Below, piece by piece: positions 36,785 through 47,879 of a stretch of 64,000 bases of DNA (its first letter is position 1; each line of letters opens with the position of its first letter). The position numbers were made by a program, and so were the translations under genes. The notes under the pieces were generated by a model, which made no database searches, was not told the origin of the DNA, and was given only the letters and a program-made list of their open reading frames with translations. The DNA comes from Takakia lepidozioides (Eukaryota > Plantae > Bryophyta): positions 25,606,001 through 25,670,000 of the forward strand of contig CM060733.1 of the NCBI GenBank assembly GCA_030704615.1. Direction: 5' to 3'.

Positions 36785-37139
36785 TGATAAGAAAGCTTGA
36801 AAGGACACACACTCTCAACACCAGAATATGAAATCCCTCAACATCACTCTTTGAAATAATAGTCGAGCCAGGGGCACCCCAAGCTATGGGGACTCCACCC
36901 CACAACGACCTACACTCCCATCATAAGCACACTCAGATCTGAAGAATGAAGGAGCTCGGTCGCGCAGGCTCAACTCGAGAGAGATGAGCCGCGCGACTGC
37001 CGCTCTCGTGAAGATAAGACGGACCAGGTGTCAAACTAAACTTGACACCTGATTTAACACTTGACCTAAATCCAAGTGTTAAATACAAATAACTAGTTTT
37101 ATTCTAGCTGTTTTCACACTGTGCTTATTTAACTTGACA
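36785..37139 (-). repeat. Terminal repeat A1 (5' end of the element)
   Basis: Matches 25106-25442; sense strand TGTCAAG...CTTATCA. Confidence 0.95.
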
Positions 37140-37300
37140 CACCTCTTGGAGGAAGCTTGGACATTTTCACCCATAGAAAGCAGCCCATAGGACAAAAAGT
37201 CATATAGACCAACGATTTGGCAAGCTGGTAGTCATTGCACCAATACATTAGAATTTGTGGGTCTATCTCAAGCTCAGTAAAATTAGGGAAAGCCAACCTT

Positions 37301-37367
37301 TTTTTTTCTTTTTCTTTTTAAGAACAGGGGAGAGTGGCCCTGGAGAAATTTATTAATAAAAACTGAG
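37301..37367 (-). mobile_element. Extremely 5'-truncated non-LTR retroposon insertion
   Basis: Poly(T) tract, flanked by 11-bp TSD AAGCCAACCTT (37290-37300 and 37368-37378). Confidence 0.7.
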
Positions 37368-37589
37368 AAGCCAACCTTGTTCTCTTGGTCCAACTCAAAT
37401 TCCACGTCCATGAGAAAAATTATAATATTTTTCCACTATGGGATCATGCCACCTTTGGAGGTAAGATGCATATTTGAACTAGGCTCAATGTTACACGGAA
37501 TTTGTGGATGAGTGGTGGTAGGTAGTTGCACTCTAAGTTAAATGGGGTAGTTTTCCCCTAACACTTAAAATGTTAACACTTATGCTCAA

Positions 37590-40500
37590 TTTTTTATTTT
37601 TATTTTTTTTAAGAACTTACCAATTCATATTAAAAGATTTCATGGAAAAAATAACCAGGAAAGGAGGCCATAAGGCTTACATCAATGGATAGATTGGGTA
37701 CAACCCCGAACAGCCATCCAGGCAAAGCTTGAAACTAACCATGCTAGAACCCTGAGAGATCAGGAAGCCATGTTCTAGAGGTAGAAAAAAGTATAAAGCA
37801 GCAGCTAATGCTGCAATAACTAAGGATTGCCAGAGAGTTGCTTTGAGAACAAAAATGCCGTAGCCTACCTTGGAGAGAAAGAGCAGGCCAAGCTCAAGAG
37901 AACCAAGCTGCTGAAACAAGACAGAAGCTACGATGTATCTAAACAAGAGAAAGGCACAGCCATTGTCAAAGGTCTATCAGACTGGCCAGGCTACCAGGTA
38001 AGATAAGATAGAAGTAGAAAAGCATTCAACTTAAACCAGAATCTTTCCCTAAAGCCAGGGCTCTAAGGCACACATGCTCTTAGTAGGGTGCCAACCGCCA
38101 AGGAGCACCAGAATCCAGAATACCAGCACAACATCAACGTTTGGCTCTGAGGGGCTCGAAGTTTAGATGAGCACGGATCTTTGAATCTTTCCTATGACAC
38201 CAATTAATGTCTCGATCTTCCACTTCAGTAGGTGAAGCCCAGTGATTGGGGGAATCACCAGTTGACTGGAGGTTTGGATGCCCAACATGCTCGTTCACCC
38301 TGCCTCCTGCAAAGTAATCCAAGGTGCCCCCATTCGGCGTCAAATGTGGAGAAAAAGGCAGCCCCCCGTTCCTCAGAGCATCTGCGTACTGTGCCCAACA
38401 AGACCCCCCACAGTTTGCGCCCTTCAATCATTAAGTCAAAGAAAATATTGGTCATTACTCCTTTAACACAAATGGGTTTGTTATCAAAGACTAGGCACAT
38501 CGAGCCTTCCAGATGTGCCACAACCCCAGACCTCGAAGCGTATGCCAAACTTGACAAGACTGCCAGGGAACATCAGTGGAGATATTAAGTAACATAATAA
38601 GAGGATCCCTGCAATCATAAATCCGCCAATTCCTGTACAAGGTATGAACCTTGGACCGAATTGAGGCCGCAAAGGGACAGGTTAAGAAGCAATGCTGAAA
38701 GGTTTCAATTTGCCCCAAAGAACAAGACCTGCACACATTGTTAGGACAAGTCTGAGAGAAGGATAGAGGAAGAATGTTGTTGCATAGCTTCTAGAGGAAG
38801 ACCGATGTTTTAGCAGACCTCTGCTTCAGCCAAACATCATTCCAAATATATTTCCAGGCCCCCACAGAAACTACCAATGGTTCTGATTTGGCCGATAATT
38901 TGGCTAATGGAGAAGGTAGTGCGTTGCATCTTGTAACCTATTTTTGCCGAGTAAGCAAAAAATGGCTTTGTGGTGTCCTGGATGCACCAAGCCCACTCTC
39001 TAGGATCCCATTGGAGTTGAGATAATGGAAGCATGAGGAACTAGAACACTGAAATCACCTGGCCCCATTGGACCAAAGTACCCACACCGTTGTAATTGGG
39101 GTTGGTAAAGCCCATGGAGTCAATGATCCTAACTGCAAAAGTGGAGTCAGCATGGCAAGCAATGAAACCCAAAGACATCAGGGAGCCATCTGGGCTGGCA
39201 GTAAAACCAATATCACTGGCAGCTCCGTTAAGAACTTATGAGATGTATATAATGCTGGCTGGGGAGCCCCCCAAACGACCCCGCCAGGCTGGGGGACTCC
39301 ACTGCTCACGACCAGAAGTCAGGAGAGATGACCATCTCAGTTTAACTGCATCAGAGATCATAGGCCAACCCCTATTAAGAGATAATGGGTGGATTTTACC
39401 TGACCAGCAGGCCCGGGGCTTCAAGTCATTACCAGCCCAAACATCACTTACAAGGGAGATCCTTGCACGTTCCCAGACAGCCCACTTAGCAGAACATGAA
39501 GCCTTGCCTCGCTGTCTAGTTGTAAATTCCCGAAAATGGGCTTCATCCTAGGAGTTGGGAGGTTTTTGGTAAAGAAATTCCCGCAGACGCATCCAAGAAC
39601 ACCAGATAGCATGCCAGGCCAAAGCTCCCACTAATTGTTTACGGTTCCTGGAGCCTCCTTGGAACAGCCAAAGCAAACTGGGCCTCCAGGCAGGCTGGAG
39701 GATGGAAACGATCTAAGCACGTTATTCCAAAGCAAATATTTCCAAGGCCAAGCCAAAGGCAAGAAGCAGCGGGGAATCCATTTCCCTAGCAGTGCATCAA
39801 TCTCTTTACCTAGATCTAAAATGCCAATCCCCCCATCCTTTTTCTTTAAACACAATTGTGACCAGGAAACCAGCGCACGTTTGGAGTTCGTTGCATCCAG
39901 TGCTTCCCAAAGAAAATTTCGAATCATGGCTTTAATGGATTTGAGGCGAAGTAATGAACCGAATAGATTTGAATGGATTTGAACCGAAGTAATGAACCAA
40001 ATAGATGCAAATAAGACTTGATTAACCACCAAAGCCCGACCCGCAATGGAAAGTCTGGCCGAGCCCCAGTAGGAGAGCTTGGACTTGAGGGAGTAAAGAA
40101 CAGGGGCAAAACGTGACTGTTGAGAGAGATTATGCCCGATTAGATGACCCAAAAGTTTACACGAGTCACCCTCAGGTAACCAGCAGAGTCCTATATCCTC
40201 CCCCCAAGTGGGCAGGTGAGTAGCAGATGAATTATGAAGCAAAGACAAAATACCAACTGATTTAGACCAATTTACTTTGAAACCCGAGGCTAAACAAAAC
40301 CACTCAAGGGTGTTAAAGAAAGCCTCAATCATGAGGCGGTTGTCATTACGGAGATAGAAAACGGTGTCATCTGCATACATAGAGAGCGTTAGATTGAAAG
40401 GAGAAGGGAGTTAGGGATGGGAATCTGCAGACCAAAGATATGCTACTGAGAGTCCATAAGATGCCCCAAACAATCAGCTACAATCAGAAATAAAAAGGGG

Positions 40501-43500
40501 GAGAGAGGACAGCCTTGACGAATAGATCTTTGTAGAGGAAAGGATTTGGAGAGGAACCCATTGGTCATGACGCGACTGGAAGCAGAAAATAACAAGAAGA
40601 AGCAAGGTCAAAGGCTGATTGGAGTGCTCAGCAAAAGCCAATGCTTCATTAGCTAGAATGATATTGTCAAGTGTCATTCTTTTCCTGACGAAACCAGTCT
40701 GAGCAGGTCTAATGAGACAAGGTAAAAGCAATTGAAGGCGACGGGCCAGAGCTTTTGCAATAATTTTATAGGACACGTTTAAAAGGGTAATGGGACAATA
40801 ATTAGCGATGTCCGCCCGATCCCCTTTCTTAAAAATTAAAGCAATAACTCCCTGCGATAACTGAGATGGCATGATATTCTTTGCCAGAATGTCATTAGGA
40901 AATCATTAGAGATAGTACCCCACAGGGCTTGGTAGAATTCTGCAGGCATACCATCTATGCCGGGAGATTTCAGATGTTTCAATTTGGCCAAAGCGTCCCC
41001 CAATTCAATATCAGTGAAGAGCAAATTCAGACTGTCACTTTGGGCTCCAGATAGGATTACTGGAATTCTGCTGCAAACAGATGCCCTGGCATGACGCATG
41101 CTGGTAGACTCCTCATCAGCCGAGTAAAGAGACCTAAGGAAATCTTTAGCAATGGACGATCTTAGGATGAGAGTGTGAATCACCAGAGGGATCCTTAAGG
41201 ACCAGGATGGATTGGGCCGCCATCCGTTGCTTGGCTTTTAAGAAAAAATATCTACTCATTTTTTCTCCATGTAGAGACCAATTAATCCCAGCCTTCACCT
41301 TCATGAATTGATCTTTGGAGATCTGCAAGAGGCTGAGACGTCATTTAGCCTCTGAATATGAAACAAGGGTTTGAGGCCCATAGTGATTACGCTCTATCCT
41401 CTTTTGGCAAACAGAGAGACATTTTAACAAAGCCTTTTCATATCTAATATTCTCCTCTGCCATTTCCCTGGCCAAGGAGATGCCTAGCTTTCTACAAGCC
41501 TACAGTTTACCCAAAATCTAAGGGTTGGCGAAGAAAAGAAATTAGAAGAGCCGATCCAGCATATTTTCAAGGCCTCTAGGTATTTAGGGACTTTTAAAAT
41601 GTTTACATTAATCCTAGTGAAGCCACGGCCTCTAACCTTTGCCCTTGGAGTAACAACGTTGGCCCTCACTTCGGCATGGTCAAATTCAGATAGGGAAGGG
41701 CCCATGGGCAGATAATGGAACCAAGGTAAAATAGAAACTGAGAAGTAGAATCTGTCGAGTCTCGCCATGCACAAACCCGGTGGGGCCCAATTGTTGGACC
41801 AAGAAAAGGCGGGAGAAAGAGGAAATGAGTAATTGTCTGCAAGACCCACCGAGAGTATGAGTGTCTCCCACTCTTGAACTTCAGGGGGAAAGAACAGGAG
41901 AATCATTCCCCAATCTATCATTGGGGGACTCAACCATGTTAAAGTCACCTGCAAGAATCCAATGGTCTACATCAACTAAAGCAAGGATTCTAGATCTTAT
42001 GAGGCTCCACAGAAGAGCTCTATCAGCCGACAAATTTGGAGCATAGACATTGATAATACCCAAAAGGCATGCCTGATTAGGAGTGGAAAGGAAAACACAT
42101 TGAACCCGACCAGGCATCCAGGTATCGACAAAGGAGACCGAGGGAAGAAGAGAAGGACGAATGAGAATGGTTGTCCCACCACGGGAGCCCTCATGGGTAG
42201 GATTCCACCATGCAGTAGAAGCAGGCCAGACCTGATTGCCAAGTGAAAGAATTTTGGAAAGATTTAACTTATTTTTTTGCAAGAAAACAATAGCCATGGA
42301 TTGGGAAAGAGAGGACAACCATCTCTTCAGTCTAGTCCGTTTGGGAGCAGACGCATCCGAACCTAGCCCCCGATTCCAGGAATGAAGCGACAAATTCATG
42401 GTGGAAGATTAATGAACAGGCACAAGGGATTTCCTTGTAAAGATGGCCTGACATGAAAAGCAGAAAACTTAGTTCATTGATCATGAGCAGAAAGGGCCAA
42501 AATCCAGGAAAAGAGAGGAGAGGAAATGGGCCATGGAGACAACAGATGAACAAACCCCACCAGTAACTTCCCAATACGAGCCTTGTTCTGGATAGAGACG
42601 TAGAACTGGCGTTTCAGCCTATATGAGAAGATCAAGCTCATAGCTATCATAGGCACCCCAAGCAAGAGAGATAGATAAAAAAGGACTGAGCTAGGGTGAG
42701 AAATATCCTGCTCCGAGATAAAAAGAGAAGGGAGACTGCGTTTCGCGGTAGAGGAGACCAACAAGTTTCATCTGCTTTTAGAAAGAGGAGCAGAGATGAA
42801 GAAAGGTACCAGCAGAGGAACCTCTGCCCAGGGCAACACTGCCAAAGGTTGAGCCAAAGGGGAGACAATCATATCCCCGGAGGGCCAAGATGTGGGGGGG
42901 GGGGGGGGGGGATGTTACCAAAGGAGGGAGATTCATAGCAAGGAGAGGCAACGGAGCAAAAGATCCAGCAGACGTCAGGGGGAACTCGTGCGAAGGCCTA
43001 AGGAAGGAGTCAGCTTCCCCATGAGAACTCTAACCTTCGCTCTCTTCAATGAGCTTTCCCTTGCCCTTATACTTTGCAGATTTGGCCAAAATGGCCTTGA
43101 TCAGAGTACAACTAGCATCCAAAGCCCGAGTGGCCAAGACCATCTCATCAAAGTCCATTACAACAGCAAATTCAGCAGGAATCCGGCTGCCATTGGACCA
43201 ATAGCCCCCAATGCATTCTCCTTGCTTAGTAACCTCAACATGATCCAAAGCCACCAAAACCTGAACTGTGGAGAAAGTAGAGTGGTTTTTGTTATCCACC
43301 AGGTAGGAACCAAAATGAAGAGAGAGCCCTGGGTTCATAGCCAAACATCCCAATTCGGAGGAGAACAGCGAGTGGATTTTTTTGATGATCAGGTCCACAA
43401 CTTGCTTAGGATCAGGAAATTCTAGAAAATCATCATGCGTGACCCAAGAGGAGGCCAGACCCGAGGACTTCCTAGTGAGCAGAATCTGCGAGATGGAAGA

Positions 43501-43710
43501 AGAATATAAAATACATAGAAACATCGAAGGCAGAAGACAAGCTGACGCTTCTAACTAGGAAGCTGACGAAGCTGACGGAAGCAAGATAGCTAGGTGAGAC
43601 GGGGCACAAACTACGAGAACAGACAGGGCAACACACGAGCAACCAACGTCGAAAGGAAAGGCTGCAAAAAAAACTAAGTCCCAAACTCTCTACACCACGA
43701 AGCACAGAGA
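37590..43710 (-). mobile_element. L1/Tx1-type LINE, near full length, degenerate
   Basis: APE endonuclease (NVYAPN, AGDFNMV, RLDRFY, DH) at 41500-42400; RT (KSPGIDG, PITLLNVSYKI, YADD) at 39630-41000; CCHC CRSC...ETFQHCFLTC near 38700; poly(A) tail as T-tract at 37590-37610. 5' boundary approximate. Confidence 0.88.
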
Positions 43711-44829
43711 GCTCACATCGTACCCATCAATGTCCATTAGTCAATTTGTTTTGAAGGAGGTAAGATTTTCCTAACAATAAAGGTTGTTTAGCATTTAATA
43801 GTGTAGCAATTATGGAGGGAGCATATATAATATAGAAAGAAAAAAACATTCTGAGCAAATCTCCGAGCCACTGTGAAGGCTTGTTTCGTGCTGAGATGAG
43901 ATTCGCCCATCCTCACAAGGGCGCGTTAAACTAGGGGTGTAAGAGCTCGAAAGAAGCGGGCTTTACAGCACGAGAAGAAGGAATAACATGTAGAGGATCC
44001 CACGCACAGTGTTTGCAGAGCCAACGTGCACACATCCAAGGCACACAGAGAACGTCCAGAGACCTCGTACACCGGGTTATACATACGAAAAGAGGACCCT
44101 GACTCCAGGTCAGGAACAAGCTTATACCCCAAACCTAGGGTGAGGCAATACCCCCACATGGCAACCTGCCACGGGGTGCCCAAATTACAAATAGATCTGG
44201 CCCGTAGATCAATGAAGGGTCCAGATGCAGCCGCAAAGCTCTAGGATAACTCAAATGGGTATGGGTCAGGCTGTATAACGGCCTCCCGCCGCAAATACTA
44301 ATGGCGTAGGATGCATCTCAGACAGTAATGAATAAGCCAAAAGTCAGGCTAGGAGAACCCCACCCCCCTTTAAAAATCGTCTGCAGCTGTCTTCTCCCCC
44401 AATAAATCCTTTATCTGGTTGTCCAATTCTTCCTGTCAACCCATCCCTTGAAGTGTAAATCACTTGTTGGGAGTGAGATATTCTCTTCATCATCAACTTG
44501 GGCTTGCCTTAGCCTTAACCCATATAGCCATGTGCAACTGAAACTCAAGGAAGACAGACACCCAAAGAATGACAGAAGTAGGAGGGAATGAACTACCTTT
44601 GAAAGCTTCCCATCTGCCCATGGCAGCAGCATGCGCACCTGGGCAAGCAAGATACAACTACAACCAAGACAGCGCACAAAGAGCCCCTTAACACTACTAA
44701 GCTAGAATACGATAGATAATTGTAATGGGAGAAGTCAGGCAAGGGGGGGCAAGGAGAGGCAGCTTACACCCCCATTGATGAGGGTAACTAACATGAGCGG
44801 AGAGCCCACATTTTCAGGATGGACAAATT

Positions 44830-45170
44830 TCTTTACATTGTACATTAAGAAAAAACACACCTTCCGATTGTGGTTGTCTCACCATCGTGAAGGATCTTTC
44901 AAAAACTCATGCCAGCTCTGCTCCGTGCTACAAATGCAAAGCCGAGTCTGATGAGAGGGCAAAACAGGCTGAAATAGGTCGAAGAAGAAGCTGGTGCCCA
45001 CATCACTTTGTCATTGACCTTGTGTCTTGACCCATGGAGGATTCGACTGACCATGAACCCAAGAGAACTTCTTGTGTGTGTTGTTTGTGTCTATAGTTAG
45101 GTAATGTCAGATAGGTATGTGAGAGCGGCCACGGTGCATTCGAGCAGGTAGAGATTGAAATACGGCCTGC
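44830..45170 (+). repeat. Dispersed repeat; inverted, order-permuted homologue at 57690-58092
   Basis: aaaaactcatgccag...gaaataggtcgaagaagaagctg...ccatggaggatt matches the reverse complement of 57690-57900; 45060-45170 matches the reverse complement of 58000-58092. Confidence 0.7.
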
Positions 45171-45259
45171 TATCACGATGCTTTGGCACTAAGACGACGC
45201 AGACCTCAAAAAACACTAAGTCCTAGCCCTGCACTCTGCGACCTAGCAACCCTAAATTC

Positions 45260-47815
45260 GAGACCTTCTTTGGATAGGACATTACCCAAGAAGTGAAGCT
45301 CAGGCATGCACAATTCACATTTCTTAGGCTTAACTTTTAACCCTGCAACTCGAAGTCTGCTGAAGACACATTGCAAGTCAAGAAGATGGGCTTCAAAGGT
45401 GGCTGAATACACATTGATGTCATCAATGTATATCAAAGCACACTCCCACCTCAAATTTCCAAGTCTAAGGAAGAAAACACAGTGGCTCCATTTAACATGT
45501 CAAGGGTTTCATTGATCACAGGGAGAGGATATGCATCTTTCTTGGTGACTGCATTGAGACGCCTCAAAACGAGTACTTCCATCCTTCTTCCCTACAAGGA
45601 CTATGGGACTGGCCCAAGGAGAGATGGAAGGCTTAATCACACCAGCATCAAGCATTTTTTTTATTTCCTCATGCACAATAGGCCTTTCCTTCACACTCTC
45701 CCTATAAAACAATTGCTTGATAGGAGGTTTCTCAGTCTCAATGTCATGCTGCAGGATATTGGTCTTCCCAAGGTCAGAAGCTCCAAGACTGAACACATCC
45801 AGGTTGTGAGCTATCAAGGTCTCAACTTGCCATCTTTTGGGCTTCCTCAAGCAAGGGGTTGAGTTTGATCTCACCTACAAGGACTTTGGCAAGGGCTTCT
45901 CTTTTTTGAGCATTGAGTTTATTCTTAAAGATCATGGCAGGAGAAGAGTGGCTGGAAAAAGCAGTGACCAGATTTGATTGATCATGAACAATGCCTACTA
46001 AGGCTTCAAAACCAAAAGCAAGCTGGACTTCACCAATCTCTTCTAAGGGACGGGCAAAAATCCTAACAAGCACTTGCCCCTTCTTGATGGTCACAGAAAA
46101 CCTTTCAAGATTGGCTATAAGAAGTTTGACTTCCTCTTTGTAACCTCTATCAAGAACCCCAATAGCAACAAGGCAATTAAGGCAGTAAGCCTCCTCCACC
46201 CATCAACCTCAAGGTAGTGTCCATTGCGACAAAGGTAGGTCAATTGGGTCTAAGACTTGACCACTCTCTGGCACATAGATGGAATAGTAACATCACAAAG
46301 AGCTCTAATCAAAGTACTTTTCTTTTGCACCACAATGGGAGCACCAGACTTTTGACCAGAGCTGGGTACATGCCACTCATACATCAAGGCAATATCTGGC
46401 TTGTATCTGTAAAAATCCAGCCAAGACATGTTGTGGTGGGTCCTTTGCCTTACCTCCCTTACCATGGCTTGAACTTGGAAAAGGTTGGCAGTAGCAGTGC
46501 TTCATGTATCTTGACAATCTTGAGAGGCACTACAACCTCATGTCCTTCTCCATTGGGAAATCTTAGGGAATTGTCACCTTGAAGGTTGATGGTAGCTTGA
46601 GCCCTTGACATCCAATCCAAACCCAACAAGACTTGGTCTCTCTACTGTAACGATGCAGATAACCAAGACCTCCTTCTTGTGAATTCTAATAGGAACAGTG
46701 ACCAGCCCCAAGGGCTCATACCTCAGTGACCCATCTGCAATGATGACCTCCATGCCTTGGGGCAGGGGTTAACTTGAGGCCCAAGACTCTCACTACCTGT
46801 AAGGGAATGGCCGACATTGTACATCCAGTATCTACAACACATGGAAAGCTCAAATGATGCACATGACATTGTGTGATCGCGGGACTAATGTCGGGCACTT
46901 CATGACATTTCTTGGCTAATTCACAATGCAAAGCCTTAAAGTTAGTTGATAACATGACCCTCTTCTTACTTGCATCAACAGGGTGCTGCTCCCCATGATC
47001 TAGATTGTCCCCTGCCGGCCAAGAGATCTCTTTAGTTTAAATGTATGCAGGCAGCCTGGGTAGAAGGCCCTGCCTTCTTCTTCTCTTTGACATAATCAGC
47101 ATAGCCCTCACAGTCAGGACAGACCTTAGTGTAATGCTCAGTGCTACCACAAATATAACAGGGAGCAAACTTCCTCTCATAAGCAGCCCCTGTTTGGATC
47201 TTACCTCTAAACCCCCCACCTTTACCTTTACCTTTCTGCTGAGCTCTGGGCTTGTATTCGGCCTGTTGTTGGTCTCTGGGTCTCCACTCAGCCCTCTGCT
47301 GATCAGCCTTCAAGGCTACAAATTGTGTGGTCATGTTTTTTCCCAACTCACCCACAGTGTGAACCAGTTCTTGCAAAGCAGAGTCACTAGACTCAGAGCC
47401 AACATGAGAGATCTTTCGCTCATCAAATGTGGCGGCCATGGTGTCTGAACTTGATCCATATAAGGGATCTGAAACTTCACATGGTGTCGCCTTTGTTTTG
47501 CTTCAGCTAGGTCCCTAAGCTTAAGACTAACCTCATGCAATATCTCATCACTATCCCTGAGAGTACGACATTGTCCCCAAGCTTTAACTTCTACTGGCAT
47601 GCCTCTCAAGAAGTGTTGTCTTAGCAATCTCTCCTTAGTAACAACATCTTTAGGCACTTGTTCAACAATAGCAGCCCTTAAATCTAAAAAGTATTGCCAA
47701 AGGGACTCACCCTCCTTGTATGGCTGGCCACAAAGTTCGTCAAGGCTATCCAAAGGACGTCGAGTCTCCGCAGGTTGAAAGATCATGAGGGCTCTTCGTT
47801 TTACCTTAGCCCAAG
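45260..47815 (-). mobile_element. Decayed Ty3/gypsy internal fragment (gag, protease, dUTPase-like segment, partial RT)
   Basis: CYICGSTEHYTKVC, VVDTGC, GVLDRGYKEEVKLLIAN, PSISPWASPIVLV, YIDD. No LTRs found. Confidence 0.8.
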
Positions 47816-47879
47816 TTAGGTTTTCTTCACATTATGATCAAACATAACACATAGTCATGTTTATCTTCACCATAGACTT

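Larger units (their letters stand above)
25020..37139 (-). mobile_element. Ty3/gypsy-type retrotransposon encoding a DNMT3-like methyltransferase and a PHD finger, with permuted (split direct repeat) LTRs
   Basis: TGTC...GACA ends; TSD CACC at 25016-25019 and 37140-37143. Repeats A (36785-37139, 25106-25442) and B (25445-25530, 25020-25105). PPT at 25532-25541. Domain order gag-PR-DNMT-RT-RH-INT-PHD. Confidence 0.93.

Noticed and set aside
25020-37139. DIRS/Ngaro/PAT tyrosine-recombinase element (suggested by split direct repeats plus a methyltransferase)
   Set aside because: It encodes an aspartic protease and a DDE integrase, has a TSD and TG…CA ends; no tyrosine recombinase motif was seen; the MTase is C5-type, not the adenine type of DIRS.
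25106-37139. Ordinary LTR element bounded only by repeats A2 and A1
   Set aside because: No TSD flanks 25106 and 37139 (acaa versus cacc); the PPT sits before B1, not A2; the CACC duplication only appears when B2 is included.
44945-44985. Hammerhead-ribozyme-like core CTGATGA…GAAA…GTC
   Set aside because: Stems I and II cannot be paired convincingly, and the homologous copy at ~57750-57790 has CTGTTGA.
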